IMG/VR virus record: IMGVR_UViG_3300036715_003363
Length of the DNA: 64,000 nt
Direction: 5' to 3' (one strand)
Origin: a virus
In this document: positions 45,233 to 55,230 of the stretch, piece after piece
Layout of the letters: each line of letters begins with the position of its first letter
How positions within the stretch are numbered: position 1 is the first letter of the stretch
Made by a program: the position numbers and the translations under genes
The notes under the pieces: generated by a model
What the model was told of the DNA's origin: nothing
The model's input: the letters and a program-made list of their open reading frames with translations, nothing else
The model's database searches: none

Positions 45233-47658
45233 TGAGCGACTCAATTACAATTAATCTGTCAACTCAAGTAGTTACACTAAGCGTCTTTAATCAGAGTGGA
45301 TCAAACTGGGGATCCATTACTGGAAATCTTTCCACTCAAATAGATTTGTGGACAAATCTATCAGCTGTTAATGTAGCGCTACTATCAAGTGCTATATGGG
45401 ATGAAGCGTACACAAACATAATCACAAACTCAGCTGCATATCTAAGCAATATTGATTTAACATTTTTACAAGCACCTTCTGCTACATGGAACACAGCATA
45501 CATATCAACACTTGCTTTAAATCTTTCTTCGTCGTCATGGAACGAAGTATATACAACAGTTCAAAGTAATTCAGCATCTTGGGATACAACATCTTTAAAT
45601 CTTTCATCTGATTTGTGGAATGTTGCATATACAATTGCTCAAAACACTAGCGCAGCTGCTGATTATAACGGAACTGATATAAAAGCACTAACAGGCAGCT
45701 GGCAAAGTGCTTCAACAACTGTTCAAGATACTTCAGCAAATTGGAACACATCATACGTAATCAGTACAGCGTACCAGAGTGTATCTAGCTCTTTTGCAAC
45801 AAATACTCTTCTTCAGAGCACTTCTGCACTCTTAACGCCTCTTACACTCACTAATAATCTTACAAGCCAGCTTCTACAGACAAGTATTTATCAAAATGCT
45901 TCAAGTGGGTTTGTACTCAGTACTGCAATTAATGCTCTTACTGCAAATTGGAACAGTGCATATACGATAAGCAGTGCTTTAAATCTTTCATCTGCAAATT
46001 GGAACACAGCATACACGACAGTTCAGAATACATCTGCAAATTGGAACACAGCATATACAACAAGCAGTGCCTTAAATCTTTCTTCTGCAAATTGGAATAG
46101 TGCATATACAACAAGCAGTGCTTTAAATCTTTCATCTGCAAATTGGAATGGAACATTTACAACAGTTCATAATACTTCAGCAAATTGGAACAGTGCATAC
46201 ACGACAAGCAGTGCTTTAAATCTTTCATCTGCAAATTGGAACAGTGCATACACGACAGTTCAGAGTAATTCTGCAAATTGGAACGGAACATATACAACAG
46301 TTCAGAGTAATTCTGCAAATTGGAACGGAACATTTACAACAGTTCAGAATACATCTGCAAATTGGAATAGTGCATACGCGACAGTTCAGAGTAATTCTGC
46401 AAATTGGAACGGAACATTTACAACAGTTCAGAATACATCTGCAAATTGGAATAGTGCATACGCGACAGTTCAGAGTAATTCTGCAAATTGGAACACAGCA
46501 TATACAACAAGCAGTGCTTTAAATCTTTCATCTGCAAATTGGAACACATCATATACAACAAGCAGTGCTTTAAATCTTTCATCTGCAAATTGGAACAGTG
46601 CATACACGACAGTTCAGAGTAATTCTGCAAATTGGAACACAGCATATACAACAAGCAGTGCTTTAAATCTTTCATCTGCAAATTGGAACACAGCATATAC
46701 AATAGTTCATAATACTTCTGCAAATTGGAACACAGCATATACAACAAGCAGTGCTTTAAATCTTTCATCTGCAAATTGGAACACAGCATATACAACAAGC
46801 AGTGCTTTAAATCTTTCATCTGCAAATTGGAATAGTGCATATACAACAAGCAGTGATTTGAATCTTTCATCTGTAAATTGGAATAGTGCATATACAACAG
46901 TTCAGAGTAATTCTGCAAATTGGAACACAGCATATACAACAAGCAGTGCATATACAACAAGCAGTGATTTGAATCTTTCATCTGTAAATTGGAATAGTGC
47001 ATACACGACAGTTCAGAGTAATTCTGCAAATTGGAACACAGCATATACAACAAGCAGTGCTTTAAGTCTTTCATCTGCAAATTGGCAAAACGTGTATACA
47101 TTTGTTACAACCACAACAGCTACAACGTTTAATGTAAATGCGTTGGTAGCAACAGGGACAACAGGAGGAGCAGGCTATACAGGCGGTGTTGCTCTAGACT
47201 ATGTCAACGGAAACGGAAGAATTAGCACCGACATCAACGGCAGTATGACATTATATACTGGAGGAGTCGGAGTAACGCCACTTGTAACGTATCTTTCCGG
47301 CGGAAATGTTGGTATTGGTACAATCACACCAAATACAAAGCTTACTGTCATTGGCACAATTTCTGCCTCTGCCATAGTAACAGGAGGTGCTACACACGGA
47401 TACACAGCACAGATATCAAATTATTCTATACAACCAACAGATTATACTGTTAACTGCACTGCTAATAGTTTTACTGTTCAGTTACCTTTAGCATCTACTG
47501 TTTCTTATCAGCTTTTCAACATAAAAAATAGCGGAACTGGGAATATCACATTAAGTGGATATCAATCCGATCTAATAGATGGTATAAACACACAAATTAT
47601 TCAGAAATGGAATTCAATATCAATACAATCCACAGGAACATCTTGGATTATACTATAA
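45232..47658 (+). CDS. repeat-rich fibre protein
   Basis: SANWN repeats, GNVGIGT motif, C-term YTVNC..NSFTVQLP..NIKN..G.ITL...IDG..SIQS.G..W domain typical of fibre tips. Confidence 0.7.
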   Translation: MSDSITINLSTQVVTLSVFNQSGSNWGSITGNLSTQIDLWTNLSAVNVALLSSAIWDEAYTNIITNSAAYLSNIDLTFLQAPSATWNTAYISTLALNLSSSSWNEVYTTVQSNSASWDTTSLNLSSDLWNVAYTIAQNTSAAADYNGTDIKALTGSWQSASTTVQDTSANWNTSYVISTAYQSVSSSFATNTLLQSTSALLTPLTLTNNLTSQLLQTSIYQNASSGFVLSTAINALTANWNSAYTISSALNLSSANWNTAYTTVQNTSANWNTAYTTSSALNLSSANWNSAYTTSSALNLSSANWNGTFTTVHNTSANWNSAYTTSSALNLSSANWNSAYTTVQSNSANWNGTYTTVQSNSANWNGTFTTVQNTSANWNSAYATVQSNSANWNGTFTTVQNTSANWNSAYATVQSNSANWNTAYTTSSALNLSSANWNTSYTTSSALNLSSANWNSAYTTVQSNSANWNTAYTTSSALNLSSANWNTAYTIVHNTSANWNTAYTTSSALNLSSANWNTAYTTSSALNLSSANWNSAYTTSSDLNLSSVNWNSAYTTVQSNSANWNTAYTTSSAYTTSSDLNLSSVNWNSAYTTVQSNSANWNTAYTTSSALSLSSANWQNVYTFVTTTTATTFNVNALVATGTTGGAGYTGGVALDYVNGNGRISTDINGSMTLYTGGVGVTPLVTYLSGGNVGIGTITPNTKLTVIGTISASAIVTGGATHGYTAQISNYSIQPTDYTVNCTANSFTVQLPLASTVSYQLFNIKNSGTGNITLSGYQSDLIDGINTQIIQKWNSISIQSTGTSWIIL
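45940..47088 (+). repeat. 24 tandem units of two lengths (42 nt and 51 nt, one 69 nt)
   Basis: tctgcaaattggaa core; SANWNxAYTTVQSN (12x), SANWNxAYTTSSALNLS (11x). Confidence 0.9.
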
Positions 47659-47671
47659 ATAAATAAAGAAT

Positions 47672-49579
47672 ATGTCATATTTTGCAACATTAAGTAGCAC
47701 GCAGCTTGCACCAACACTAGGTCAAAAAACAATGGCCGGCTCAACGTCAATTGCCATTGCAAGCGATCAATCTTTAACTCTTGCAAGTGATAACTTTTTA
47801 TCTTCTACCCTGACTAGTCCGCTAATTTCTGCAACGGGAACTTACGGCCCTGTTCAAGCCACTCCAAACGGGTTTTATCTTATTAGTGTCGGTAAAACAT
47901 ATACAGCCGCCACAATATCATTTACATCATCAGGCGGCGCTGCCGGCCAGAACGTTATTACAACTGCAACTACACCAGCCAGTATTGCAATAGGTCAACA
48001 AATTGTTGGAACAGGCATTCCTAAAGGCTCCGTTGTTACGGCATTTGTGACAAATACATCCGTTACAATTTCTCTGCCTCTTACAGCAACTTCGTCCGGC
48101 ACAGTAACTTTGACCAGTGATTTAGTTAGTTTTACTTTCCAATCTAGTGTAGACGGATCTACTTTTCAGAATCTTAGCAGCATACTGCTCTCTAATCCAT
48201 CTCTTCAAACTCCAGCATCAACACAGTATTACAGCGGCATATATTTTGTACGGGCTCCTGTTGGACTATTACCATCCACTAGTATTCGTCTAGTTGTTAA
48301 TACTCTAACGAACGCTACTCTCAAGTGGTATATTGATGCATACCAGCAAGGACAGACAATTACTCTTCCGCTTAACCAGCCGAATGCTTTTACTCAAGCT
48401 AACTGGCCAACGGGTGCCTGTGTCCTTCCACTTATTGATAGAACATTTTTTCGCGAATTTACTTTTGATGTCCCAGTATTTTCAGGAACCAGTCAAACTG
48501 TCACATACTACCAGAGTGATGATACAAACTTTGCTGCCCCTCAAGGAAGCTATCACGTCCAGCAGACGTCTGCTGGTGGTGGTACAGGAAGTTCTTATAC
48601 AGGTGTTGGTATTTATAAATTAAAGCCGGTTACTAGATATTTCTGTACCGTTGAAACAGGAACAGCCCTCACTGGATGGACAATGTACGGAGGAGCGTCG
48701 ATTTCTTCATCGCCAGACCCGGAATTATCAGTATATGTTAATGGTTCAAACTTAACGCAGGTGGCATCAACAACACCAACACCAGTCCTGGCAAACGGAC
48801 AAACAAATAGAATGATAGGTGTGGCCATGGGTACATGCGCGGCTAATACTGATCAGTCCGCAACAGCTTTTGCTGGAGCAGGAAGAGTTAACGGAACAGT
48901 TGTTTCTACCGCTTACGGTGGCGGTGTTAGTATTGCCAGCGATATTAGCATTACATCACTTACGCTCGGCTCTGCAACAAGCGCAATTCCAGTGCTTCAA
49001 GAGTCATATGATAGCGGCACAACTTTTACAGATATGTGGGTAGGGTTTCCAATGACCTCAGCTACTCACCAAAGAATGCCAGCCATCCCAATTCAAGGAA
49101 GACGTAGATGGTGTATGCATTCCATTGGTGGAACATCAACGACAATTACAACAACAATAATCTCTCAAGAGCTTCCAGGTGTTAATGTACTACAGAGGCA
49201 GTTTGTTGACGTTTATAATGCAATAAATCCATTTTCAACAGTTATTAATGGAGCAACATATACATCAACGCTTGTGTCAACAGTCCTTAGTAGCACCGGT
49301 TCCGTTGCTGTTGTTGAAGGATGTAAGATTTTAACAATTAGTGGAGTATTCACAGGCGGAATTCCTTCAGTGGCTCCTGTATACACTCTTCTGCTATCAC
49401 AGGACGCAACAAACTGGGCATTTACACAAACAACTCTTTCTCCAACAGGAGCTGGAACATTTATGTCATCAACAACTAATAATATTTGTGCGAGATATGC
49501 AAAACTTTACGTCAGTACGGCATCGTCGGGTGGTACTCCGTATGGTGTGTTGTACACCGCCATCAACGGAACAAACTAA
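47672..49579 (+). CDS. T/S/G-rich virion-associated protein
   Basis: 635 aa, LGQKTMAGS.S..IASDQ N-term, beta-rich; TATAAATA at 47654. Confidence 0.55.
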   Translation: MSYFATLSSTQLAPTLGQKTMAGSTSIAIASDQSLTLASDNFLSSTLTSPLISATGTYGPVQATPNGFYLISVGKTYTAATISFTSSGGAAGQNVITTATTPASIAIGQQIVGTGIPKGSVVTAFVTNTSVTISLPLTATSSGTVTLTSDLVSFTFQSSVDGSTFQNLSSILLSNPSLQTPASTQYYSGIYFVRAPVGLLPSTSIRLVVNTLTNATLKWYIDAYQQGQTITLPLNQPNAFTQANWPTGACVLPLIDRTFFREFTFDVPVFSGTSQTVTYYQSDDTNFAAPQGSYHVQQTSAGGGTGSSYTGVGIYKLKPVTRYFCTVETGTALTGWTMYGGASISSSPDPELSVYVNGSNLTQVASTTPTPVLANGQTNRMIGVAMGTCAANTDQSATAFAGAGRVNGTVVSTAYGGGVSIASDISITSLTLGSATSAIPVLQESYDSGTTFTDMWVGFPMTSATHQRMPAIPIQGRRRWCMHSIGGTSTTITTTIISQELPGVNVLQRQFVDVYNAINPFSTVINGATYTSTLVSTVLSSTGSVAVVEGCKILTISGVFTGGIPSVAPVYTLLLSQDATNWAFTQTTLSPTGAGTFMSSTTNNICARYAKLYVSTASSGGTPYGVLYTAINGTN

Positions 49580-49677
49580 AGCTACTTTGTGTGACCAAAC
49601 CCTTGCATGTGTGAAATGACTGTCGAAAGATCAGTTGAACACATTTATTATACACTCACCAATTAAATAAGTATAAG

Positions 49678-52600
49678 ATGCTTATCTATAATATCCCCAG
49701 TCATTTCCGCGGAGACACATGGAACGGCATTAGCTCAGTAACAGTTAATTCAAACAGGGCTCCGTTAAATCTCGCAGGCGCATCCATTAAGATGCAGCTA
49801 AGAGAGTATATTGACTCACCAGTTGTGTTAGAATTTTCAACTACTGCAGGAAGCATTGTAATTGTTGATGCAGCTCAGGGAATATTTTCAATTCCAAGCA
49901 CTATTGTTGATATTCCAATTGGTGTATATAGCTTTGACATTCAAATTACTCAATCAAATGGAGTAGTCGGTACATATATCTCAGGTACATGGGAAATCAT
50001 TGCAGATATTGAGGGAGCAGTATTAACGGGGTCAGTTCCCCCAATAACAATAATAGTAACAGCATTAAACTATGATCCAGCAGGTGCAGCAACTATCGCT
50101 CAAGCTAATGCTCAGACATACTCAAATAGTCTATCATCCAGCTATGATCCAGCAGGCGCTGCAGCTGCAGCTCAAGCTAATGCTCAAACATACTCAAACA
50201 GCTTATCATCCAGCTATGACTTAGCAGGCGCTGCAGCTGCAGCTCAGAATAACGCCGAGGCATACGCAGATAGTCTTGCAGTAAACTATGACTTAGCAGG
50301 TGCAGCAGCAACAGCTCAAGCTAATGCTCAAACATACTCAACCAGCTTATCATCCAGCTATGATCCAGCAGGTGCAGCAACTATCGCTCAGAATAACGCT
50401 AAAACATACTCAAATAGCTTATCATCCAGCTATGATCCAGCAGGCGCGGCAACTATAGCGCAGAATAATGCTAAAACATACTCAAATAGCTTATCATCCA
50501 GCTATGACGTAGCAGGAGCTGCAACCATAGCGCAGAATAATGCTCAAACATACTCAAACAGTCTATCATCCAGCTATGACTTAGCAGGTGCAGCAACTAT
50601 AGCGCAGAATAATGCTCAAACATACTCAAACAGTCTATCATCCAGCTATGACTTAGCAGGTGCAGCAACTATCGCTCAAGCTAATGCTCAAACATACTCA
50701 AACAGTCTATCATCCAGCTATGACTTAGCAGGAGCTGCAACTATCGCTCAGAATAATGCTGAGGCGGCAGCTGTCGCTGCAAACCTCTCTCTCCAGGCTA
50801 CCGACGCGCAGGCCGTTGATTCCACTGATACCACTCACTGGATGTCTCCTCACGCCACGAGCCTTGCGATTGCTATTGACGCACCAAACAAGCTCTCCGC
50901 GCGCGTCATCTACGCATCACGTGCGGGGTGCGCTCTAAACAGCAATATTGATACAGGAGGGGGAACTGACGACACGGCGGCACTACAAGCCATTCTGGAC
51001 TTAGCTTCATCCAGTCCCATTGAGGTGGTGATTGACGGCGTTGCGCTCGTCTCATCAAAGCTAATCATCAAGGGGTCAACCAAAATCAGAGGGATATCTG
51101 GAGGGGGTGTTTTTCAGGCAGCAGGGACAAACGACCACATTCTCACTACCGCCGGTGTTTTTAATCCTTCAACGATTATTTCTTCTATTATTATAGAAAA
51201 ACTTGTCCTGAATGGGAATGGAAACAATCAGGCAAAATGGGTAGGTGGGTATGGATACACTTCCACTGGGGCGGTTGCAACAACACAAAGTGACTGGGGC
51301 TGGATTTTCGGCGTGTGGCTCGCTCGATACAGTCAGCTAGTCATGCGCGATGTCACTATTCGCAACGCGAAGACATTTGCTTTGACGCTGATGCAGGCTG
51401 GTGACGCTCATCTGACCAACATAAAGACATTATGGGATGATGGAGGCACTGGATTTATCGGCCAAAATCGTGACGGAATCCACCTATGGGGTGACCTCAA
51501 CAAAGTGCACGCGAAGGGATTTTCCAGCAATGGAGATGATGATACGATTGCTCTCAACACCTCCGAAAATGTTGGCTGGACAAATGCCGCATGGAGCCGA
51601 GGATCGTCTGGCGGCTATCTGGGCGACATTCTGTTTGAGGATGTTGAGTTTTTGAACGCTTCTAACGGAATCAGAACTTATTATGACGGATACTTGCCCG
51701 GTGCTAAGATAGGGAGATTTGTCCTCAGAAACGCTCGCGGGAATATTCTCACTGTGCCAATGCAAGCTGGGCTTGATTCTTCTCAGGTTGGTTATTTTGA
51801 GATAGACGGATGGGATGTAGGAGGGGCTCAAAATAGCATTCTTGTTAATGCCAATGAGGTAAGACTTAATAGCATTGCAAAAGGAGTCTCTGTTTCTGGC
51901 TATGCAGCTCTTGTGAGCGGAGATTACTTTTCTGAGCCTAGCAACGGATGGCTTGGCGTCGGCACGCCACAGAATTACCCCCAAGTCTCGGATGCAGGAA
52001 TAATCGACGGGACATTCCCAACCACTGCTCCAGCTGCAATCACCGCAGTAAGCATCAGCACGCTTGTTCAGCAGACCTTTCCTCCGACAATCGGAGCGAC
52101 ATCAACGACTGCTGTAGCAGGTAATGATCCTCGCTTGACTGATGATCGGACTCCGACCGTTCACGCTACCACTCATTCTACCGGGGGAAGTGATCCTATC
52201 ACCCCGTCAAGCATCGGTGCAGACGTAGCAGGAGCTGCAACTATAGCGCAGAATAACGCTAAAACATACTCAAACAGCTTATCATCCAGTTATGACGTAG
52301 CAGGCGCAGCAACTATAGCGCAGAATAATGCTAAAACATACTCAAATAGCTTATCATCCAGCTATGACGTAGCAGGAGCTGCAACTATCGCTCAGAATAA
52401 CGCTAAAACATACTCAAACAGCTTATCATCCAGCTATGACTTAGCAGGTGCAGCAGCAACAGCTCAAGCTAACGCTAAAACATACTCAAAAAGCTTATCA
52501 TCCAGCTATGACGTAGCAGGAGCTGCAACTATCGCTCAGAATAACGCTAAAACATACTCAAATAGCTTATCATCCAGCTATGACGTAGCAGGAGCTGCAA

Positions 52601-53184
52601 CTATCGCTCAGAATAATGCTATAGCAGCCATCCCTCCCCAGGTTGAGTCGGCAAATTTTTCAGCAGTTGCTGGGGGAAGATATATCACGACTGCTACCCT
52701 CACCATCACTGACCCTACTGGCGTCACCAATCAGAGCTTTGTTGTGATCGTGGCCAGCGGAACATGCACTATTGGTGGAGTTGCTTATTCATCCTCAAAT
52801 TTTCCAATTATCCGATACTACAATGGAACAGCTTGGGTAACTCTCCCCCAGACCCTCACGGGAGTCCTCACCACATCAGGCTTTGCGACTACCTCTCCAT
52901 CTATCGAGATAGTCAGCTCCCACTCCATCGCGTGCGCAGCAACCCTCGCTCTCTCGGGAATCTTAGCCAACGACATCGTCCTTACAGGTTCAGCGGTTGC
53001 TATTACCTCGATCACTGGCGGAACACTCGGGGGACTGTATAGCTTAAATAACCAGACGGGAGGGTCGGTGACTCTCACTAATAGCGCGAGCCTTATCTGT
53101 CAGACGGGTGCAAACATCTCTCTAGCAGTAGGGGCTTCTGTCTTTATTAGGCCGGCCTCCTCTACAGTTGTTTCCACTTTATAA
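49678..53184 (+). CDS. tail fibre/spike: adaptor domain + 24-aa repeats + beta-helix (pectate-lyase-like) domain + repeats + C-terminal tip
   Basis: GTDDTAALQA..D, NRDGIHL.G, GDDDTIAL beta-helix motifs; HATTHSTGGSDPITPSSIGA fibre motif. Confidence 0.75.
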   Translation: MLIYNIPSHFRGDTWNGISSVTVNSNRAPLNLAGASIKMQLREYIDSPVVLEFSTTAGSIVIVDAAQGIFSIPSTIVDIPIGVYSFDIQITQSNGVVGTYISGTWEIIADIEGAVLTGSVPPITIIVTALNYDPAGAATIAQANAQTYSNSLSSSYDPAGAAAAAQANAQTYSNSLSSSYDLAGAAAAAQNNAEAYADSLAVNYDLAGAAATAQANAQTYSTSLSSSYDPAGAATIAQNNAKTYSNSLSSSYDPAGAATIAQNNAKTYSNSLSSSYDVAGAATIAQNNAQTYSNSLSSSYDLAGAATIAQNNAQTYSNSLSSSYDLAGAATIAQANAQTYSNSLSSSYDLAGAATIAQNNAEAAAVAANLSLQATDAQAVDSTDTTHWMSPHATSLAIAIDAPNKLSARVIYASRAGCALNSNIDTGGGTDDTAALQAILDLASSSPIEVVIDGVALVSSKLIIKGSTKIRGISGGGVFQAAGTNDHILTTAGVFNPSTIISSIIIEKLVLNGNGNNQAKWVGGYGYTSTGAVATTQSDWGWIFGVWLARYSQLVMRDVTIRNAKTFALTLMQAGDAHLTNIKTLWDDGGTGFIGQNRDGIHLWGDLNKVHAKGFSSNGDDDTIALNTSENVGWTNAAWSRGSSGGYLGDILFEDVEFLNASNGIRTYYDGYLPGAKIGRFVLRNARGNILTVPMQAGLDSSQVGYFEIDGWDVGGAQNSILVNANEVRLNSIAKGVSVSGYAALVSGDYFSEPSNGWLGVGTPQNYPQVSDAGIIDGTFPTTAPAAITAVSISTLVQQTFPPTIGATSTTAVAGNDPRLTDDRTPTVHATTHSTGGSDPITPSSIGADVAGAATIAQNNAKTYSNSLSSSYDVAGAATIAQNNAKTYSNSLSSSYDVAGAATIAQNNAKTYSNSLSSSYDLAGAAATAQANAKTYSKSLSSSYDVAGAATIAQNNAKTYSNSLSSSYDVAGAATIAQNNAIAAIPPQVESANFSAVAGGRYITTATLTITDPTGVTNQSFVVIVASGTCTIGGVAYSSSNFPIIRYYNGTAWVTLPQTLTGVLTTSGFATTSPSIEIVSSHSIACAATLALSGILANDIVLTGSAVAITSITGGTLGGLYSLNNQTGGSVTLTNSASLICQTGANISLAVGASVFIRPASSTVVSTL
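50071..50760 (+). repeat. 72-bp repeat block 1 (9 full + 1 partial)
   Basis: YD(P/L/V)AGAATIAQNNA(K/Q)TYSNSLSSS. Confidence 0.9.
52219..52620 (+). repeat. 72-bp repeat block 2 (5 full + 1 partial)
   Basis: Same unit as block 1. Confidence 0.9.
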
Positions 53185-53186
53185 TC

Positions 53187-53966
53187 ATGTCCGCAAGAGC
53201 CACAACACAATCACAAGTCGATACTCAGGGATTCCTCAACAGAGTGGCGGTTGGCTCTGGAGTGATCTTGTCGACTCTTGACGCCATCAATCACTTGAAC
53301 TTCGCTCTTGGGATGGAGGCTCTAGGATACTGGCAATATATCACCTACTGGACACTTCTGCCCTCCCAGAATGCAGGGACGGGGACGGTTGCCTACAGTG
53401 CAGGAGGGGGAGGAATCTACGACGGGACACTGACTGCCGGCGCATCGTGGGGAGCAGATGGCCTATATACGGAAGGAGGGGGGATGACTATGCCAGTATG
53501 TTATAAAGATTATTCGAGTTCTACTTTTTTTATACAAAAGCCAACTGCCCTCAACGACTCGATAGCTGTCATGATGACTAATGGGGACAATAATGATGGG
53601 TTTAATGACATGACACAGGGCTGGATCAATAATGAATCCAATATCTCTTATTCCACTCTCTATCGTAGCTTCGGCGAGGGTCTTCCGATCCCACAAGATG
53701 TATATTCTGCGTGTGGTGCAAATCTGATAAATGATAGCTCTCTCATTACGTGGGTAAATGGCGTCATTCAGATACAAGGGGGAAGCAATTGTGATCCCTC
53801 TGCTCTCGAGACGCTTATTTCTGCCTTAGGTCAATCCACTAACGGCGATTACATATACACTGGTTATTTCCCCTTTGCCCTCATTGCCCGTGGTGTAGTC
53901 ATTAACTACGATTCTGTTTATGCTCTGTATAAATCCACGTTAGGATCCTCCCTCGTTCTCCCATGA
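53187..53966 (+). CDS. hypothetical protein, possibly lectin/LamG-like fibre partner
   Basis: 259 aa directly after the fibre gene, same GC-richer composition. Confidence 0.5.
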   Translation: MSARATTQSQVDTQGFLNRVAVGSGVILSTLDAINHLNFALGMEALGYWQYITYWTLLPSQNAGTGTVAYSAGGGGIYDGTLTAGASWGADGLYTEGGGMTMPVCYKDYSSSTFFIQKPTALNDSIAVMMTNGDNNDGFNDMTQGWINNESNISYSTLYRSFGEGLPIPQDVYSACGANLINDSSLITWVNGVIQIQGGSNCDPSALETLISALGQSTNGDYIYTGYFPFALIARGVVINYDSVYALYKSTLGSSLVLP

Positions 53967-54136
53967 TCCACTTCTCTCCTATTTGCATACTTTTTGAACT
54001 AATGAACAAACTCACCAAAAAGAAAGACTACACTCAATCACATTACACAAAAATGATCCGCCCTCGCCGCTGCATATTTCTGACAATATTAGGCCTTGTC
54101 CTCCTCTTGATTATCGTGTCATATTTTACCTCGTAG
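53963..54136 (+). CDS. possible small membrane protein (57 aa)
   Basis: ATGA-coupled ORF with RPRR followed by a hydrophobic stretch CIFLTILGLVLLLIIVSYF; below the track length cutoff. Confidence 0.3.
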   Translation: MIHFSPICILFELMNKLTKKKDYTQSHYTKMIRPRRCIFLTILGLVLLLIIVSYFTS

Positions 54137-54318
54137 TACAACTCAGCACTCTGCACTCCCCTCCCGTTTCTTTGTACTTGTAAATATCAAAGGTTGGGTA
54201 TTTTCACATAAGTAACTACAGATGGATTCAGTAATATCTAAAATCATTAATAGTGAGAGCAGCTGCAGTTTTATCTCTTTCTTCTATTACCTGAGTGATT
54301 TAACCAATAAATAACTAT

Positions 54319-55182
54319 ATGGGAGCACTACCACGCAATTTTGTTGGATCTACAAACACAAATCCAAAGATTGTTACGTTTGATTCTCTTGCACAACGTA
54401 TTCGCCGACAACTCGGTGAACCTCTTGTTGAGGTTGAAATTGCAAATGAGCAAGTATACGACAATATCTCAATTGCAATTGAATTGTTTACTAAATATGC
54501 TGGATATACTGAAGAGTATCTTGTGTTTAAATCAGATTTATACGTGACAGGATATGGATTAGACGTTGCAACGATGATTAATCATACCCCTGAACTTGCA
54601 AGTACTGCTTATAACGGAGTTTCTGCGGGATTTGATGTAGATCTTAACGATTACAGAAGAGTTGTTGATTGCTTTGAGTTTAATTATGGTGAATCAACTG
54701 GTATTAACACTTTGTTTACTCTTGAACAGGCCATGGCGCAGCAGGTGTACTCATCATACATGGTTGGTAATTTTGGATTCGACTTAACCTCATGGGAAGT
54801 ACTGAAAGAGTTTATCAAGGATAGAGATATTTCGCTCGCTCAACGTCCTCGCTTTCGTTTTGACTTTAGAAAGCAGGTATTAAAAATTATTCCTGAGCCC
54901 ATTCCACAACAGCAGTATGTCGGAATTGTTGGTTGTTATATTGAGCGACCAGTTAATGAATTAATTACTGAGAGATGGGTATTTCGTTATGCAACTGCGC
55001 TTAGTAAGATTTCTGTGGCGAATGTCCGTGGTAAATACAAAGGAACAGGCATGTTTGGTGGAGGAAATGTCAACTCTGATGATTTTATGAGTCAAGGTAT
55101 TAGTGAAAGAGATAAACTTGAAGAAGAACTAACAACATCTTATGCAGACACCCTTGGTCCGTGCGGTTTGTGGCACGGTTAA
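54319..55182 (+). CDS. gp13: neck/head-completion protein, gp13-like
   Basis: LAQRIRRQLGEP...VEI..EQ..D.I..A...F, W...Y..AL.K......R.K. Confidence 0.85.
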   Translation: MGALPRNFVGSTNTNPKIVTFDSLAQRIRRQLGEPLVEVEIANEQVYDNISIAIELFTKYAGYTEEYLVFKSDLYVTGYGLDVATMINHTPELASTAYNGVSAGFDVDLNDYRRVVDCFEFNYGESTGINTLFTLEQAMAQQVYSSYMVGNFGFDLTSWEVLKEFIKDRDISLAQRPRFRFDFRKQVLKIIPEPIPQQQYVGIVGCYIERPVNELITERWVFRYATALSKISVANVRGKYKGTGMFGGGNVNSDDFMSQGISERDKLEEELTTSYADTLGPCGLWHG

Positions 55183-55230
55183 TTTACATTAAGCTAGTTG
55201 ATACATAATAATCCAGAGCATAAATATAAT

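Noticed and set aside
53967-54318. tRNA or ncRNA in the largest intergenic stretches (also 49580-49677, 57765-57861, 61192-61363)
   Set aside because: No cloverleaf, T-loop GTTCRA or CCA pattern found by eye. A covariance-model scan would be needed to exclude other ncRNAs.
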